This document shows, piece by piece, positions 27,101 through 36,882 of a stretch of 64,000 bases of DNA (position 1 is the stretch's first letter; every line of letters starts with the position of its first letter). The stretch is from contig CP060223.1 of the NCBI GenBank assembly GCA_023898465.1, positions 928,001 to 992,000 on the forward strand, written 5' to 3'. Position numbers and translations under genes: made by a program. The notes under the pieces were generated by a model that saw nothing but the letters and a program-made list of their open reading frames with translations, was not told the origin of the DNA and searched no databases. Origin of the DNA: Candidatus Nomurabacteria bacterium (GTDB taxonomy: Bacteria; Patescibacteriota; Patescibacteriia; HK-STAS-PATE-3).

Positions 27101-27931
27101 ATGACCTGCGCGAAAGAATCTACCAAAGAGTTGGATCTCACCAACTACCTACCTCTTCCCAGGGGCGGCTTGCGATGGACGGTCTCCACGCTATGCTTTT
27201 CCCTTGCTGCTTTTCTGGGACTCTTCTTGCTCTTCAAAATGGCCGTCAATAGTGAGGGGCTATGGTGGTCACGCCTGTTCTACGGCTGCCTGATTATCGC
27301 CATCTTAGTCTCACTACTTGGATTTTTTGGCTTGAAGCTACTCCGATTCAACTATGCGTATTGGAGAAGAAATGTGAGGGGTTACTACATCTCCTATCCG
27401 CAAATGGATCGAGTGTACTATCGTGGCGAGCGGGCCAAGGAAAGCTTGGCACTCGTAGAGATGCACCTAGCTCTGGGCGGTTGGCGCCATCAACTTGGGA
27501 GCTTTCATCGAGGCTTTGTGGTTACCTCGCGAGACACTTCCGCGGACTCCATCTTTTGGTATGGAGTAAAAATCGTTCAACAATCACCACAACCTTCAGG
27601 GCTTCGCGTGATCGTCTACAGTCACCGGAAAAAGGAACAAACACCACCAATGAGCCTACGGCATGCCAGCGTGCTTATCGGTAAGTTATGCCGCAACCAG
27701 AGCTCCTTGGAACTTGAGTTTGCAACCTTTCTCACCAGTGAAGATGGGCTCGTTAACGCCTGTATTCGCTTGCTTGAACGGATAAAGACAACCTCGCGCT
27801 TATCCTCTACACAAGAAGGTAGGGCCTTTGCTCGAGATCTTGCAACTGCGGCACTCAGTCACTCCATTCGTGGAACTCGGGAACACCGAGAACTTGTGGA
27901 TCTGCAAGAATACTGGGGTCGAACCAGGTAG
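27101..27931 (+). CDS. hypothetical two-TM membrane protein (GC-rich island 2)
   Basis: SD TAAGGAG precedes ATG 27101. It has two TM helices then a soluble domain. Confidence 0.5.
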   Translation: MTCAKESTKELDLTNYLPLPRGGLRWTVSTLCFSLAAFLGLFLLFKMAVNSEGLWWSRLFYGCLIIAILVSLLGFFGLKLLRFNYAYWRRNVRGYYISYPQMDRVYYRGERAKESLALVEMHLALGGWRHQLGSFHRGFVVTSRDTSADSIFWYGVKIVQQSPQPSGLRVIVYSHRKKEQTPPMSLRHASVLIGKLCRNQSSLELEFATFLTSEDGLVNACIRLLERIKTTSRLSSTQEGRAFARDLATAALSHSIRGTREHRELVDLQEYWGRTR

Positions 27932-27935
27932 ACTC

Positions 27936-27988
27936 ACTTCTCAGTGACAATCCTACGCGCCCTGATCTCTAGGAGATTGGGGCGCTTT
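27936..27988 (+). terminator. terminator cassette B2 (paralog of B1)
   Basis: cacttctcagtgacaatcctacgcgccctgatctctaggagattggggcgcttt. Confidence 0.6.
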
Positions 27989-29180
27989 ACTTTATCTGCA
28001 CAAACCGTCGCTTCCCAACCTGAAGCAAGGGTGCCTTTTTTGCATCCAATTCCTTTGCGCCATCTTTCTCTACCTTGCCATCAATACGGACCGCTCCTTG
28101 CTCAAGCATGCGACGTCCTTCTGACTTTGATGGCACCAACTTTGCGCTGACTAAAATTTCTAACAGCGTGCTTTTTTGCTTCAGGCTGAACTCTGGCACC
28201 TCGTCTGGAGTGGCACCTTTTTGAAATACATTTTGAAATTCAGTTGCCGCCTTATCCGCATCGTTTAAGGAATGATATTGTGCAACCAGAGTATGGGCCA
28301 GCTTTGCTTTGACGTCGCGGGGATTATGGCCTGACTTCAAGCCTTGCGCCATTTCCTCGATCTCGGATAATGGTAAACGACTTAGTAAGGTAAAAAACGT
28401 AACAATCTGCTCGTCAGGAATACGCATGAGCTTGCCATACATATCTTTAGGCGTGTCAGAGAGCAATATTGCGTTGCCATAACTCTGACTCATCTTGCGC
28501 TTCCCGTCAGTACCGACGAGCAAGGGCATAATTACTAAATCTTGCGGAGACTGTTTTGCAGCCTCTTGAAGTGGGCGCGCCTGCAGCTCGTTAAATGTTT
28601 GATCACGACCAATCACTGTCACGTCAGCTTTCAACATTACCGAATCATAACCCTGCAAAAGGGGGTAGGTAATTTCGTGCAATCCAATCTCTTTGCCCTC
28701 TTTCATGCGTTGCTGAAACATGTCCCGCTCAAGCATGCGCTGGACGCTCACCTGAGAGAGTAAGTGAAGAAAATCCTCGGCTGACATTTTATCGTACCAC
28801 TCAGCATTTGAACGTACTTCAACCTTCTTAATATCAAGTATTTTACCTAACTGTGTAACATATTTCTTGGCCAGGCGATGTACTTCTGCGGCCGAACGAA
28901 GCGCTCGACGCTCAGCTCGATCAGTTGGATCACCGAAACGGGCCGTAAAACCACCGATTAGGAACTGGATAGTGTGACCTGCTTCTTGAAATTGGCGCAA
29001 CTTTTCATAAATAACTGCGTGACCCAAATGGAGGTCGGCAGTGGTCGGATCAACTCCGTGCTTAATCTTTAGCTTCTTGCCTGAGGCTAGCTTCTTCTCT
29101 AAGGATGCTCGAACTACGACCTCCGCAACGCCTCGGTCAAGTAAATCGCTTCTCATTGATTGGGCCTGTTTTTTCGCCAT
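27987..29180 (-). CDS. tyrS: tyrosine--tRNA ligase
   Basis: Class I HIGH (TADLHLGHAV), KMSQS (KMSKS variant) and a C-terminal S4-like domain. At 397 aa it fits TyrRS rather than TrpRS. Confidence 0.8.
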   Translation of the reverse strand: MAKKQAQSMRSDLLDRGVAEVVVRASLEKKLASGKKLKIKHGVDPTTADLHLGHAVIYEKLRQFQEAGHTIQFLIGGFTARFGDPTDRAERRALRSAAEVHRLAKKYVTQLGKILDIKKVEVRSNAEWYDKMSAEDFLHLLSQVSVQRMLERDMFQQRMKEGKEIGLHEITYPLLQGYDSVMLKADVTVIGRDQTFNELQARPLQEAAKQSPQDLVIMPLLVGTDGKRKMSQSYGNAILLSDTPKDMYGKLMRIPDEQIVTFFTLLSRLPLSEIEEMAQGLKSGHNPRDVKAKLAHTLVAQYHSLNDADKAATEFQNVFQKGATPDEVPEFSLKQKSTLLEILVSAKLVPSKSEGRRMLEQGAVRIDGKVEKDGAKELDAKKAPLLQVGKRRFVQIK

Positions 29181-29263
29181 AAGAACAGTTGAAAGTATAG
29201 CAAAAAAATGCTAAGATAAGAACTGCTTCGGGGCGCATACTCGGCCCCGCTTCTCTACAACGA

Positions 29264-32140
29264 ATGCCTATCCCTACTCTCACCCCACGCTCTCGTAATA
29301 GTGCGGCTACCTGGCGCAGTGCTAAAAATATGCCGGGATCTGAGCGACCTCGCAAATCTCGCCCCATATGGAAACGGCGGGAATTTTGGGTGCGTCGCGC
29401 GCTTCCTGTTGCTGCCGGACTTTTTCTGATTGGCGTGCTAGGAGTGGTGGGATTATTTGCCTGGTACTCACGCGACCTGCCTGACCCAAACGGTATAGTC
29501 GATCGTTCAGTTGCGCAAAGCACTAAAATATATGCTCGCGACGGGGAAACTCTACTCTACGAGGTGCACGGCGAAGAACGTCGCACTGTTGTTGAGTTAG
29601 AAAAAATTCCATTTAACTTACAAAAAGCCACCATTGCCATTGAGGATAAAGATTTTTACAAGCACGGCGGCATTGATTTTCGTGGACTCTTCCGGGCTGT
29701 CTTTACAAACATTATTAATCTCGACGTAACGGGTCAGGGCGGTTCAACTATCACCCAGCAGTTTGTAAAAAACGCCATCCTTACTACTGAGAAGAGCTAC
29801 GTTCGAAAAATTAAAGAGGCGGTGCTGGCCTATCAAATTGAGAAACGCTTTACAAAAGATCAGATATTAAAGCTGTACTTCAATGAAATTCCCTATGGTC
29901 GTAATGCTTATGGCGCCGAAGCTGCCGCGCAGGTATATTTTGGCAAATCAGTCAGCGAGGTGAGTCTAGATGAAGCAGCGCTCTTAGCCGCCCTCCCTCA
30001 GGCTCCGTCCTACTACTCGCCTGATGGTAATCATGTTGATCTACTTGAAGGTCGGCAAGGTCGCGTCCTGCAAAACATGGCTGACCAGGGCTACATTACT
30101 CAAGAAGAAGCTGACGCAGCAAAAGAAGAGGACACGGTGGCGAAAATAATTCCACGCCGAGAAGTGATTAAAGCGCCGCACTTTGTTATCTATGTAAAAG
30201 AGCTACTCACTGAAAAATACGGCGAGAAGCAGATAGAGCAAGGGGGATTGCGAGTCATCACCACACTCGAGCCAAATCTGCAGCAAATGGCTGAGGATGC
30301 GGTGAGTAATGGTATGGCAAAAGTGGAGCGCTACGGTGGATCAAATGCGGCCCTGGTATCCCTAAACCCACAAACCGGCCAAATACTCGCTATGGTTGGC
30401 TCGCGCGACTACTTTGATGCCGAACATGATGGGAACGTAAACGTGGCCCTTAGACCACGTCAGCCTGGTTCCTCTTTTAAACCCATAGTCTATGCTCAGG
30501 CTTTTCGGGAGGGCTACACTCCGGAAACTATTTTATTTGACCTGATTACTAACTTTGGTGGCACACCAAACTATATTCCACAAAACTACAACGGCCGAGA
30601 AAATGGTCCAGTCACTATGCGTAAGGCTTTAGCTGGTTCTCTTAATGTCCCAGCAGTAAAAACACTTTATTTGGTTGGCGTAAATGATGCAGTGAATTTA
30701 GCAAAGAGCCTCGGCTACACCACACTGAATGATCCTGACCGCTATGGACTCTCGCTCACCTTAGGGGGCGGAGAAGTGAAGCTCTTAGAGCACACGGCTG
30801 CCTTTGGTGTTTTTGCAAATGAGGGCGTACGACAATCTACTGTTGCCATACTCCGAGTCGAAGATCGAAATGGAAAGATCTTAGAAGAAACAAACGAGGG
30901 TGAAGGAGAGCGCGTCTTGGATCAAAATGTTGCTCGCGAAATTTCCAGCGTACTCTCTGATAATGGAGCCCGGGCATATATTTTTGGCACGCAAAACTCC
31001 CTTATTCTGTCTGGTCGACCAGTTGCCGCAAAAACTGGTACTACAAATGATTTCCGAGATGCCTGGACCATGGGCTACACTCCTAACCTGGTTACCGGGG
31101 TATGGACAGGGAACAATGATAACTCTGAAATGAGCACCGGCGCTGATGGGTCAGTTATTGCGGCTCCGATTTGGAAAAGCTTTATGCAAGCAGCCACGGC
31201 CGGCGCTCCAGTGGTAAATTTCACCGCACCAAAGCCCAATGATGCAGAAAAACCAATACTCCAAGGTCGTTTAAGCTCTGGGGAAACCTTAACAGTAGAT
31301 ACGATCACTGGTAAGGAAATCCCAAGTGAGTGTGTAGATGAATGGCCCGAGGAGTTTAAGAAGCAGAAAGAATTAGAGCAGGTGCACACTATCCTTTATT
31401 TTGTGAATAAAGATAATCCCCGTGGACCAGTTCCTGATAACCCAGCCAGCGACCCTCAATTCACTCGTTGGGAAGAACCGGTCCGACGCTGGGCCGAAGA
31501 AAACGACAAGTTGGTCGATCGTCCAGCCAAGGAGGATTGTGATCTTCGAACAATAGCAAACACTCCAAAGGTAACAATTACTTCACCTGCGTCTGGAAGT
31601 ACTATTACGGGGAACAGTGTCTCGGTAAGCGCTACGGTGGACGCGACGCGCGCTATTACACTTACAAAATTCGTTATTGACGGGGTGGAAATAACCGAAG
31701 ACACAACCGCGCCTTTCCAAGCCTCGCTCGATGTGAGTGATCTTGAAAATGGTTATCATAAGTTAAAGGTTATTGCCTACGATACTGTTGAACAAGCAGG
31801 GTCTCAAACAATTGACGTAATTATTCAACACGAAAGCTCTGGCACAAGCATTTACTTCACTGCCCCAGTACCCGGCAGTCGTCATGCAATAAGCGATGGG
31901 GCGATATCAATTAGCGTTGTAGCCCAAAGCGCGATTGGTATTGATTCAGTAAAAGTAAATATCACCGACGCGAATGGTGTAGTCACAAAACTTTCCACTT
32001 CATCAGCTAGTGGATCACGCTATAGCACACAATGGACCCCTTTACTCGCAGGGGACTACACTATTCAAGCCATCATGACGGATGATGATGGTGAAACAAC
32101 CAGCACAGACAATCTCAGTGTTAGTATCACTGCGGATTAA
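29264..32140 (+). CDS. class A penicillin-binding protein (PBP1A-type transglycosylase/transpeptidase) with C-terminal Ig-like repeats
   Basis: GT51 motifs (EDKDFYKHGGID, GGSTITQQ), TPase motifs (SSFKP, SLN, KTGT) and an N-terminal TM anchor. The C-terminal ~200 aa has beta-rich repeats. Confidence 0.85.
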   Translation: MPIPTLTPRSRNSAATWRSAKNMPGSERPRKSRPIWKRREFWVRRALPVAAGLFLIGVLGVVGLFAWYSRDLPDPNGIVDRSVAQSTKIYARDGETLLYEVHGEERRTVVELEKIPFNLQKATIAIEDKDFYKHGGIDFRGLFRAVFTNIINLDVTGQGGSTITQQFVKNAILTTEKSYVRKIKEAVLAYQIEKRFTKDQILKLYFNEIPYGRNAYGAEAAAQVYFGKSVSEVSLDEAALLAALPQAPSYYSPDGNHVDLLEGRQGRVLQNMADQGYITQEEADAAKEEDTVAKIIPRREVIKAPHFVIYVKELLTEKYGEKQIEQGGLRVITTLEPNLQQMAEDAVSNGMAKVERYGGSNAALVSLNPQTGQILAMVGSRDYFDAEHDGNVNVALRPRQPGSSFKPIVYAQAFREGYTPETILFDLITNFGGTPNYIPQNYNGRENGPVTMRKALAGSLNVPAVKTLYLVGVNDAVNLAKSLGYTTLNDPDRYGLSLTLGGGEVKLLEHTAAFGVFANEGVRQSTVAILRVEDRNGKILEETNEGEGERVLDQNVAREISSVLSDNGARAYIFGTQNSLILSGRPVAAKTGTTNDFRDAWTMGYTPNLVTGVWTGNNDNSEMSTGADGSVIAAPIWKSFMQAATAGAPVVNFTAPKPNDAEKPILQGRLSSGETLTVDTITGKEIPSECVDEWPEEFKKQKELEQVHTILYFVNKDNPRGPVPDNPASDPQFTRWEEPVRRWAEENDKLVDRPAKEDCDLRTIANTPKVTITSPASGSTITGNSVSVSATVDATRAITLTKFVIDGVEITEDTTAPFQASLDVSDLENGYHKLKVIAYDTVEQAGSQTIDVIIQHESSGTSIYFTAPVPGSRHAISDGAISISVVAQSAIGIDSVKVNITDANGVVTKLSTSSASGSRYSTQWTPLLAGDYTIQAIMTDDDGETTSTDNLSVSITAD

Positions 32141-32455
32141 CTACCGTAAACGATATCGTATTGCCTGCAAGCGAACGCTATGCCCATAGCGTTTTTGATA
32201 GGCCGCAGCAAAGTCCTGACGTATCCTTGCCTCATGTGCGCGTAGTTGGTTTGCCAGAGCAGCTGAAGAAACGCGCAGGGTAATTATATTGTGCTTAAAA
32301 GTATCCAAACTAATATCAGCCTGGATGTTTTGTGTTAGTATTTGCTGAATACAACCCTTCATCACGTCAAAAACTTGAGTCGCTTCTACTTGAGGGACTA
32401 TGTTTGCCTTACGCAGGGATCGACCAATGAGTGATTGAAAGCTTTGCAGCGGCAC
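32141..32455 (-). CDS. small protein in the DUF721/DciA position immediately downstream of dnaN
   Basis: 104 aa and basic. It sits 4 nt after the dnaN stop. Assignment rests on the conserved location of DUF721 near ori in many bacteria, plus size; the sequence motif was not verified. Confidence 0.35.
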   Translation of the reverse strand: MPLQSFQSLIGRSLRKANIVPQVEATQVFDVMKGCIQQILTQNIQADISLDTFKHNIITLRVSSAALANQLRAHEARIRQDFAAAYQKRYGHSVRLQAIRYRLR

Positions 32456-32458
32456 GAT

Positions 32459-33556
32459 TTATTGCCGAATCGGCATAATAAGATAGGTGTAGGACTCTTT
32501 ATTCGTCGGACGAAATACTCCCGGTCCATCACTATCGGTTAACTCAATCTGCACCTCTTCACTACTCATACTTGCTAATCCATCAAGTAAGTAGCGGTAG
32601 TTAAATAAGATGCTTGTTCCTTCTCCGTCCACCTGTCCTTCGAGGTGGGTAGAGTGCTCACCAACTTGCGTATTGGCCGCCTCGATGGTGACGCCCTTTC
32701 CTGCCACAAAGGCTAGGGTAATATCATTAATCCCAGTTTTGCAAAAAAGACTTGCTGCTCGCACCTGTCGACTCAGCGCCTCTACGGAGAAGGTGGCAGT
32801 GGTAAGATGTTCTTTTGGAATAATCTCTTGGTATTCAGGATATTGACCTTCAATGAGACGAGAAACAAGCTCTATATCGCCAATACGGAAGAGTATCTGG
32901 TTCTCGCCTAATATAATACTCATTTCATTTTCCTCGGTATCTAATATCCGCACCACCTCTTGAAGAGCTCGACTTGGCACAATAACCGCTCGCGTGTCTC
33001 CACTTGCGTTAATGTTTATCTTTCGCTCGGCTAAACGATAGCTATCCGTAGCAGCCAGCACCATGTTGTTATTCTCGATTTTTACATAGATGCCGTTTAT
33101 CTCGGGTCGTGAATTATCATTTGCTGCAGCAAATAACACTTGAGTTAGAGCTTGGCGTAAATCGTTAGTGGCCGCTTTTGTTATGCTTTTTTCTTCCACG
33201 CTTGGGATGACTGGAAATTCATCAGCGGCAATTCCCTTCATGGTTGTAGTTGTTTCACCGGTGGTGATGTGTAAACCCTCTTCACGTAATTCAATATCGA
33301 TCCGTACATTCGATAAAAGATTCACAAAGTCGTGAAGAAGTCGACCCTGTATGGTATACGCGCCTGGTGTTTCTACTTTTGCTCGGACCATGCAAGTAAC
33401 ACCAATTTCAAGATTTGTTGCTGATAGACGTATGCCGGTTGACTCCGCGGTAAGAAGAATATTTCCTAAAATTGGTAAGGCTGCGTTCTTTCCTACAGCT
33501 CGTGACACAATGGTTAATCCACGGATAAGGTTTTCTTGTGTACAGGAGAATTTCAT
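32459..33556 (-). CDS. dnaN: DNA polymerase III beta sliding clamp
   Basis: MKFSCTQENLIRGL… with three-domain length and positioned after dnaA. Confidence 0.85.
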   Translation of the reverse strand: MKFSCTQENLIRGLTIVSRAVGKNAALPILGNILLTAESTGIRLSATNLEIGVTCMVRAKVETPGAYTIQGRLLHDFVNLLSNVRIDIELREEGLHITTGETTTTMKGIAADEFPVIPSVEEKSITKAATNDLRQALTQVLFAAANDNSRPEINGIYVKIENNNMVLAATDSYRLAERKININASGDTRAVIVPSRALQEVVRILDTEENEMSIILGENQILFRIGDIELVSRLIEGQYPEYQEIIPKEHLTTATFSVEALSRQVRAASLFCKTGINDITLAFVAGKGVTIEAANTQVGEHSTHLEGQVDGEGTSILFNYRYLLDGLASMSSEEVQIELTDSDGPGVFRPTNKESYTYLIMPIRQ

Positions 33557-33808
33557 AGTAGATATTTTATATAAAACAGGAAGTAGTAATAGTAAGGGCT
33601 GGGGAAATGTGGATGAATGTGAGAGGGGTAAGTTTTAGGTAAGTAATCCGGGCTTATTTTACTTTTCATTTTTTTCTCTCATGTGTATATCATCGGCATC
33701 CTTATGTGCACGGTGTGTGAGAGGAAAGGGGATGAAAAATGTCATGTACACTTATCCAGTTTTTGTGCGGATACCATCCCCAAAGATATCCCAATACTTA
33801 TCCGCAGC
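33557..33808. promoter_or_regulatory. oriC part 1: DnaA-box cluster plus AT-rich stretch between dnaA and dnaN
   Basis: tgtggatga (33608), ttatccag (33752), tgcggata (33765) and ttatccgca (33798) are 7-8/9 matches to TTATCCACA. The AT-rich tract is ttttacttttcatttttttctctc. Confidence 0.55.
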
Positions 33809-35191
33809 TTATCCTGAGCCGTAGAGACGCTGAAGAATCAAGCGCAGGTTTTCCTGAAGGCGCTCATCCTCACGCAGCTGACCAGAAATTTTTGTTACCG
33901 CATGCATAGCAGTCGTGTGATCCCGATTACCTAACTCATAACCAATACTCGGGAAAGAGCTTTGAAGCTCCTCACGCATAAGATACATAGCAATTTGTCG
34001 GGGGACTACCAATTCTTTCTTACGGCTCACCCCAAGGAGATCAGCGATTTCAAGCTCGTAAAAATCAGCCACTACTTCAATAACCTGCCGCGGAGTAACA
34101 CCACCGCGTTTTGTTGAGCGCGTAACCGAAGAAAGTAGCTCTTTTACTGTATCCATGGTAAGTGATTTACCGCTTAACTCTTGGTAAGCCACCACACGAT
34201 TGAGGGCGCCCTCTAGTTCACGAATATTACTTTGTACATTTGTGCCGATGTAATGCAAAATTTCAGAAGAAAGTAAAAGGTTTTTTTCTCGACACTTCAC
34301 ATCCAGGATAGCAATACGCGTTTCTAGGTCTGGCTGGGCAATATCCGCAATCATTCCCCACTCAAAACGAGAGACAAGACGGTTTTCTAGTGAAGGAATT
34401 GATTTTGGTGGACGATCAGAAGTAATAATAATTTGTTTATTCGCCTGATGGAGCGCATTAAAGGTATGAAAAAACTCTTCTTGAGTTCCTTCCTTACCTG
34501 CCAAGAACTGGATATCGTCTACCAAGAGCACATCAACGCCACGGTAGCGATTTTTAAACTCCTCACCGTTTCCCTTACTAATAGCGCGAATGAATTCATT
34601 AGTAAATTTTTCTGAGGAGACGTAGAGCACACGCTTCGAAGAGTCCTGGGCAAGCACCTGATGGCCAATTGCCTGCATAAGGTGCGTTTTACCTAAGCCA
34701 GCACCCCCATAAATAAACAAAGGGTTATAAATTAACCCAGGTCGTTCTGCTACTGCTACGCAGGCCGCTTTTGCGAGTTCATTGGATTTGCCGGTAATGA
34801 AGGTGCCAAAGGTGTAGCGAGGATTTAAGGTAGCGTTTTCTGGTATCTTAGCGGTGGACGGGGCATCACTCACCACGTTCTGCGCTACGGGCGTCTCAGC
34901 CACGGCTACTTTTTGTAGGTTTTGGGCAGCTGGGGCTTTGCTTGGTGATTCTACTTTATAAGAAACCTGCACCTGAGCAGATCCAAGTGCCGATTTTACA
35001 GCTTTAAGTATTGATTCGTGGTATTTGCTCTCCAACCAGGCCTTAGTAAATGTATTAGGAACCCCGATAACCACACTATTTTCATCTTGGGACGCAACAA
35101 AAGTGTTACTAAACCAAGTAGTGAAATTTGGTCGGCTAATAAGTAGTTCTAATTCGCCTAATACGGCCTGCCAAAGCTGTTCATTGGTCAT
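33809..35191 (-). CDS. dnaA: chromosomal replication initiator DnaA
   Basis: Walker A GGAGLGKTHL, the AAA+ sensor and a C-terminal DnaA-box binding domain (…TAMHAV…). Confidence 0.9.
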   Translation of the reverse strand: MTNEQLWQAVLGELELLISRPNFTTWFSNTFVASQDENSVVIGVPNTFTKAWLESKYHESILKAVKSALGSAQVQVSYKVESPSKAPAAQNLQKVAVAETPVAQNVVSDAPSTAKIPENATLNPRYTFGTFITGKSNELAKAACVAVAERPGLIYNPLFIYGGAGLGKTHLMQAIGHQVLAQDSSKRVLYVSSEKFTNEFIRAISKGNGEEFKNRYRGVDVLLVDDIQFLAGKEGTQEEFFHTFNALHQANKQIIITSDRPPKSIPSLENRLVSRFEWGMIADIAQPDLETRIAILDVKCREKNLLLSSEILHYIGTNVQSNIRELEGALNRVVAYQELSGKSLTMDTVKELLSSVTRSTKRGGVTPRQVIEVVADFYELEIADLLGVSRKKELVVPRQIAMYLMREELQSSFPSIGYELGNRDHTTAMHAVTKISGQLREDERLQENLRLILQRLYGSG

Positions 35192-35374
35192 AAAGCATGG
35201 GGAAATACTCCCAAAAAGACCGTGGATAACTATAGCATAAGCAAAATAAATTGGCTAAAATTAGCCAAAAAAATAGAAAATGTGGATAACTTGTTCATAC
35301 CATGTGTATCAAGCGGTTGAAAAATAGGCGCATTGTACCTTTTTCAAGAAGCTGATAAAATAGCAAAGATTTCT
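35192..35374. promoter_or_regulatory. oriC part 2 / dnaA promoter region with DnaA boxes
   Basis: A perfect box tgtggataa (35281-35289, reverse complement TTATCCACA) and an 8/9 box cgtggataa (35221-35229). Confidence 0.6.
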
Positions 35375-35512
35375 ATGCCTAAGCGTACCTATCAACCAAA
35401 AAAGCGAAAAAGAGCAAAAACACACGGCTTTTTGGCGCGGAAACGAACAAAGACCGGACGACGAGTGGTGCAACGACGCCGACGTAAGGGTCGGGCTCGT
35501 TTAGCGCAATAA
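35375..35512 (+). CDS. rpmH: 50S ribosomal protein L34
   Basis: [45 protein letters not shown]. It falls below the track's length cutoff and was read manually. Confidence 0.9.
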   Translation: MPKRTYQPKKRKRAKTHGFLARKRTKTGRRVVQRRRRKGRARLAQ

Positions 35513-35513
35513 A

Positions 35514-35858
35514 ATGTTGCCGGCAGCTGCTCGCCTCCGCAAGGAGCAAGACGTACAACGGGTACGGCGTTTTGGTCGTCAGGCTCGAACTACCCACCTG
35601 GCGGTAAGGGTGGCGAAAAGCTCAGTAAAAGGTCCCCGCCTCACCGTGGTTGTGGCAAAACGGGTAGATAAGCGAGCAACAGTGCGTAATAGTATAAAGC
35701 GAAAAATCAGAGCGCAGCTGCAAGAGCTCTATCCCAAACTTTTAACTCACTGTGATATCCTCATAAGTACCCAGCCCTCAACAAAGAATTGCACAAGCAG
35801 TGATTTGCGGGCTGATCTCGAATTCCTATTTCGACGCTTACGACTTTTTCACTCATGA
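35514..35858 (+). CDS. rnpA: ribonuclease P protein component
   Basis: LRKEQDVQRVRRFG… is basic, ~114 aa, and follows rpmH. Confidence 0.8.
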   Translation: MLPAAARLRKEQDVQRVRRFGRQARTTHLAVRVAKSSVKGPRLTVVVAKRVDKRATVRNSIKRKIRAQLQELYPKLLTHCDILISTQPSTKNCTSSDLRADLEFLFRRLRLFHS

Positions 35859-36100
35859 CGAGTATTAGCATCTTCCTTATACGAGCCTACCAGCGGAGTC
35901 TTTCGCCTGACCATGGATGGTTGCGCGCACGCTATCCTTATGGATACTGCCGATTTCACCCAACCTGTTCTATGTATGCCATTGAAGCTCTTCAGCGGCA
36001 TGGTTTTTTCCGTGGTACATACTTAGCAGTTCGTCGCCTGCTACGTTGTCATCCTTTTCACGAACCTAGTATTGATCCAGTTCCTAAATCACAGCAATGA
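35855..36100 (+). CDS. yidD: membrane protein insertion efficiency factor YidD
   Basis: LIRAYQRSLSP…CRFHPTCSMYAIEAL…HG. Confidence 0.85.
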   Translation: MTSISIFLIRAYQRSLSPDHGWLRARYPYGYCRFHPTCSMYAIEALQRHGFFRGTYLAVRRLLRCHPFHEPSIDPVPKSQQ

Positions 36101-36882
36101 ACATCATCGACATCCTTCTCTTTAATCCACTCTTTAACGGGCTCATTGGTACCTATCATATTTTGCCAGGGCAAGATATGGGAGTGGCGATTATTGTGTT
36201 AACCATAGTAGTGCGTGGGATTTTGGCGTATCCCTCAGCCAAGTCAATCAAAGCTCAACGCGAACTGCAGTTGATCCAGCCAAAACTTGAAGCCCTGAAA
36301 GAGCAGTACAAAGATAATAAGGAACAGATGGGTCAAAAACTCATGGAGTTTTATAAGGAGCACAAAGTAAATCCTTTTTCATCTTGTTTACCAACACTCA
36401 TTCAACTTCCCATAATCTTTGTGTTGTATCGAGTGTTTATTAATGGGCTAGCCCTGGACCCAGAAACCGGCACCTTGGTTGCTCATCAAATTGATCGTTT
36501 GTATGGCTCCTTGCATACTATTTATGCCACAACGCCAATTCACACGACAGCCTTTGGTTTTTTGGATCTCACGGCACCTCATAATATTTTATTAGCCCTA
36601 GTCACTGGCGCCTTGCAGTTTTGGCAATCGAGAATGTTAGTGGCCCGACAAGCGCCAATTAAATCAAAAGGTGCTCGAGACGAAAACATGGCTGCGAGCA
36701 TGAGCAAGCAGATGATGTATATTTTCCCGCTAATCACAGCGTACTTTGCCTATCTCTTCCCAGCCGGACTTGCGTTGTATTGGCTGACCTCTACGCTTTT
36801 CCAAGTTGTGCAGCAGTATATTCTTTTCCGTCGCGTTCATCCATCTAAGGAGCTTGATGACCTCACCGCTTCGCAAACATAG
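36097..36882 (+). CDS. yidC: membrane protein insertase YidC (short, Gram-positive/CPR type)
   Basis: 261 aa with five TM helices and a conserved Arg-containing TM1 (…VRGIL…). It lies in rpmH-rnpA-yidD-yidC synteny. Confidence 0.8.
   Translation: MNIIDILLFNPLFNGLIGTYHILPGQDMGVAIIVLTIVVRGILAYPSAKSIKAQRELQLIQPKLEALKEQYKDNKEQMGQKLMEFYKEHKVNPFSSCLPTLIQLPIIFVLYRVFINGLALDPETGTLVAHQIDRLYGSLHTIYATTPIHTTAFGFLDLTAPHNILLALVTGALQFWQSRMLVARQAPIKSKGARDENMAASMSKQMMYIFPLITAYFAYLFPAGLALYWLTSTLFQVVQQYILFRRVHPSKELDDLTASQT

Noticed and set aside
27262-27684. 140-aa alternative-frame ORF inside gene 27101-27931
   Set aside because: It is fully nested in another frame of a gene with strong SD and TM-domain logic. 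This is typical GC-rich DNA frame noise.
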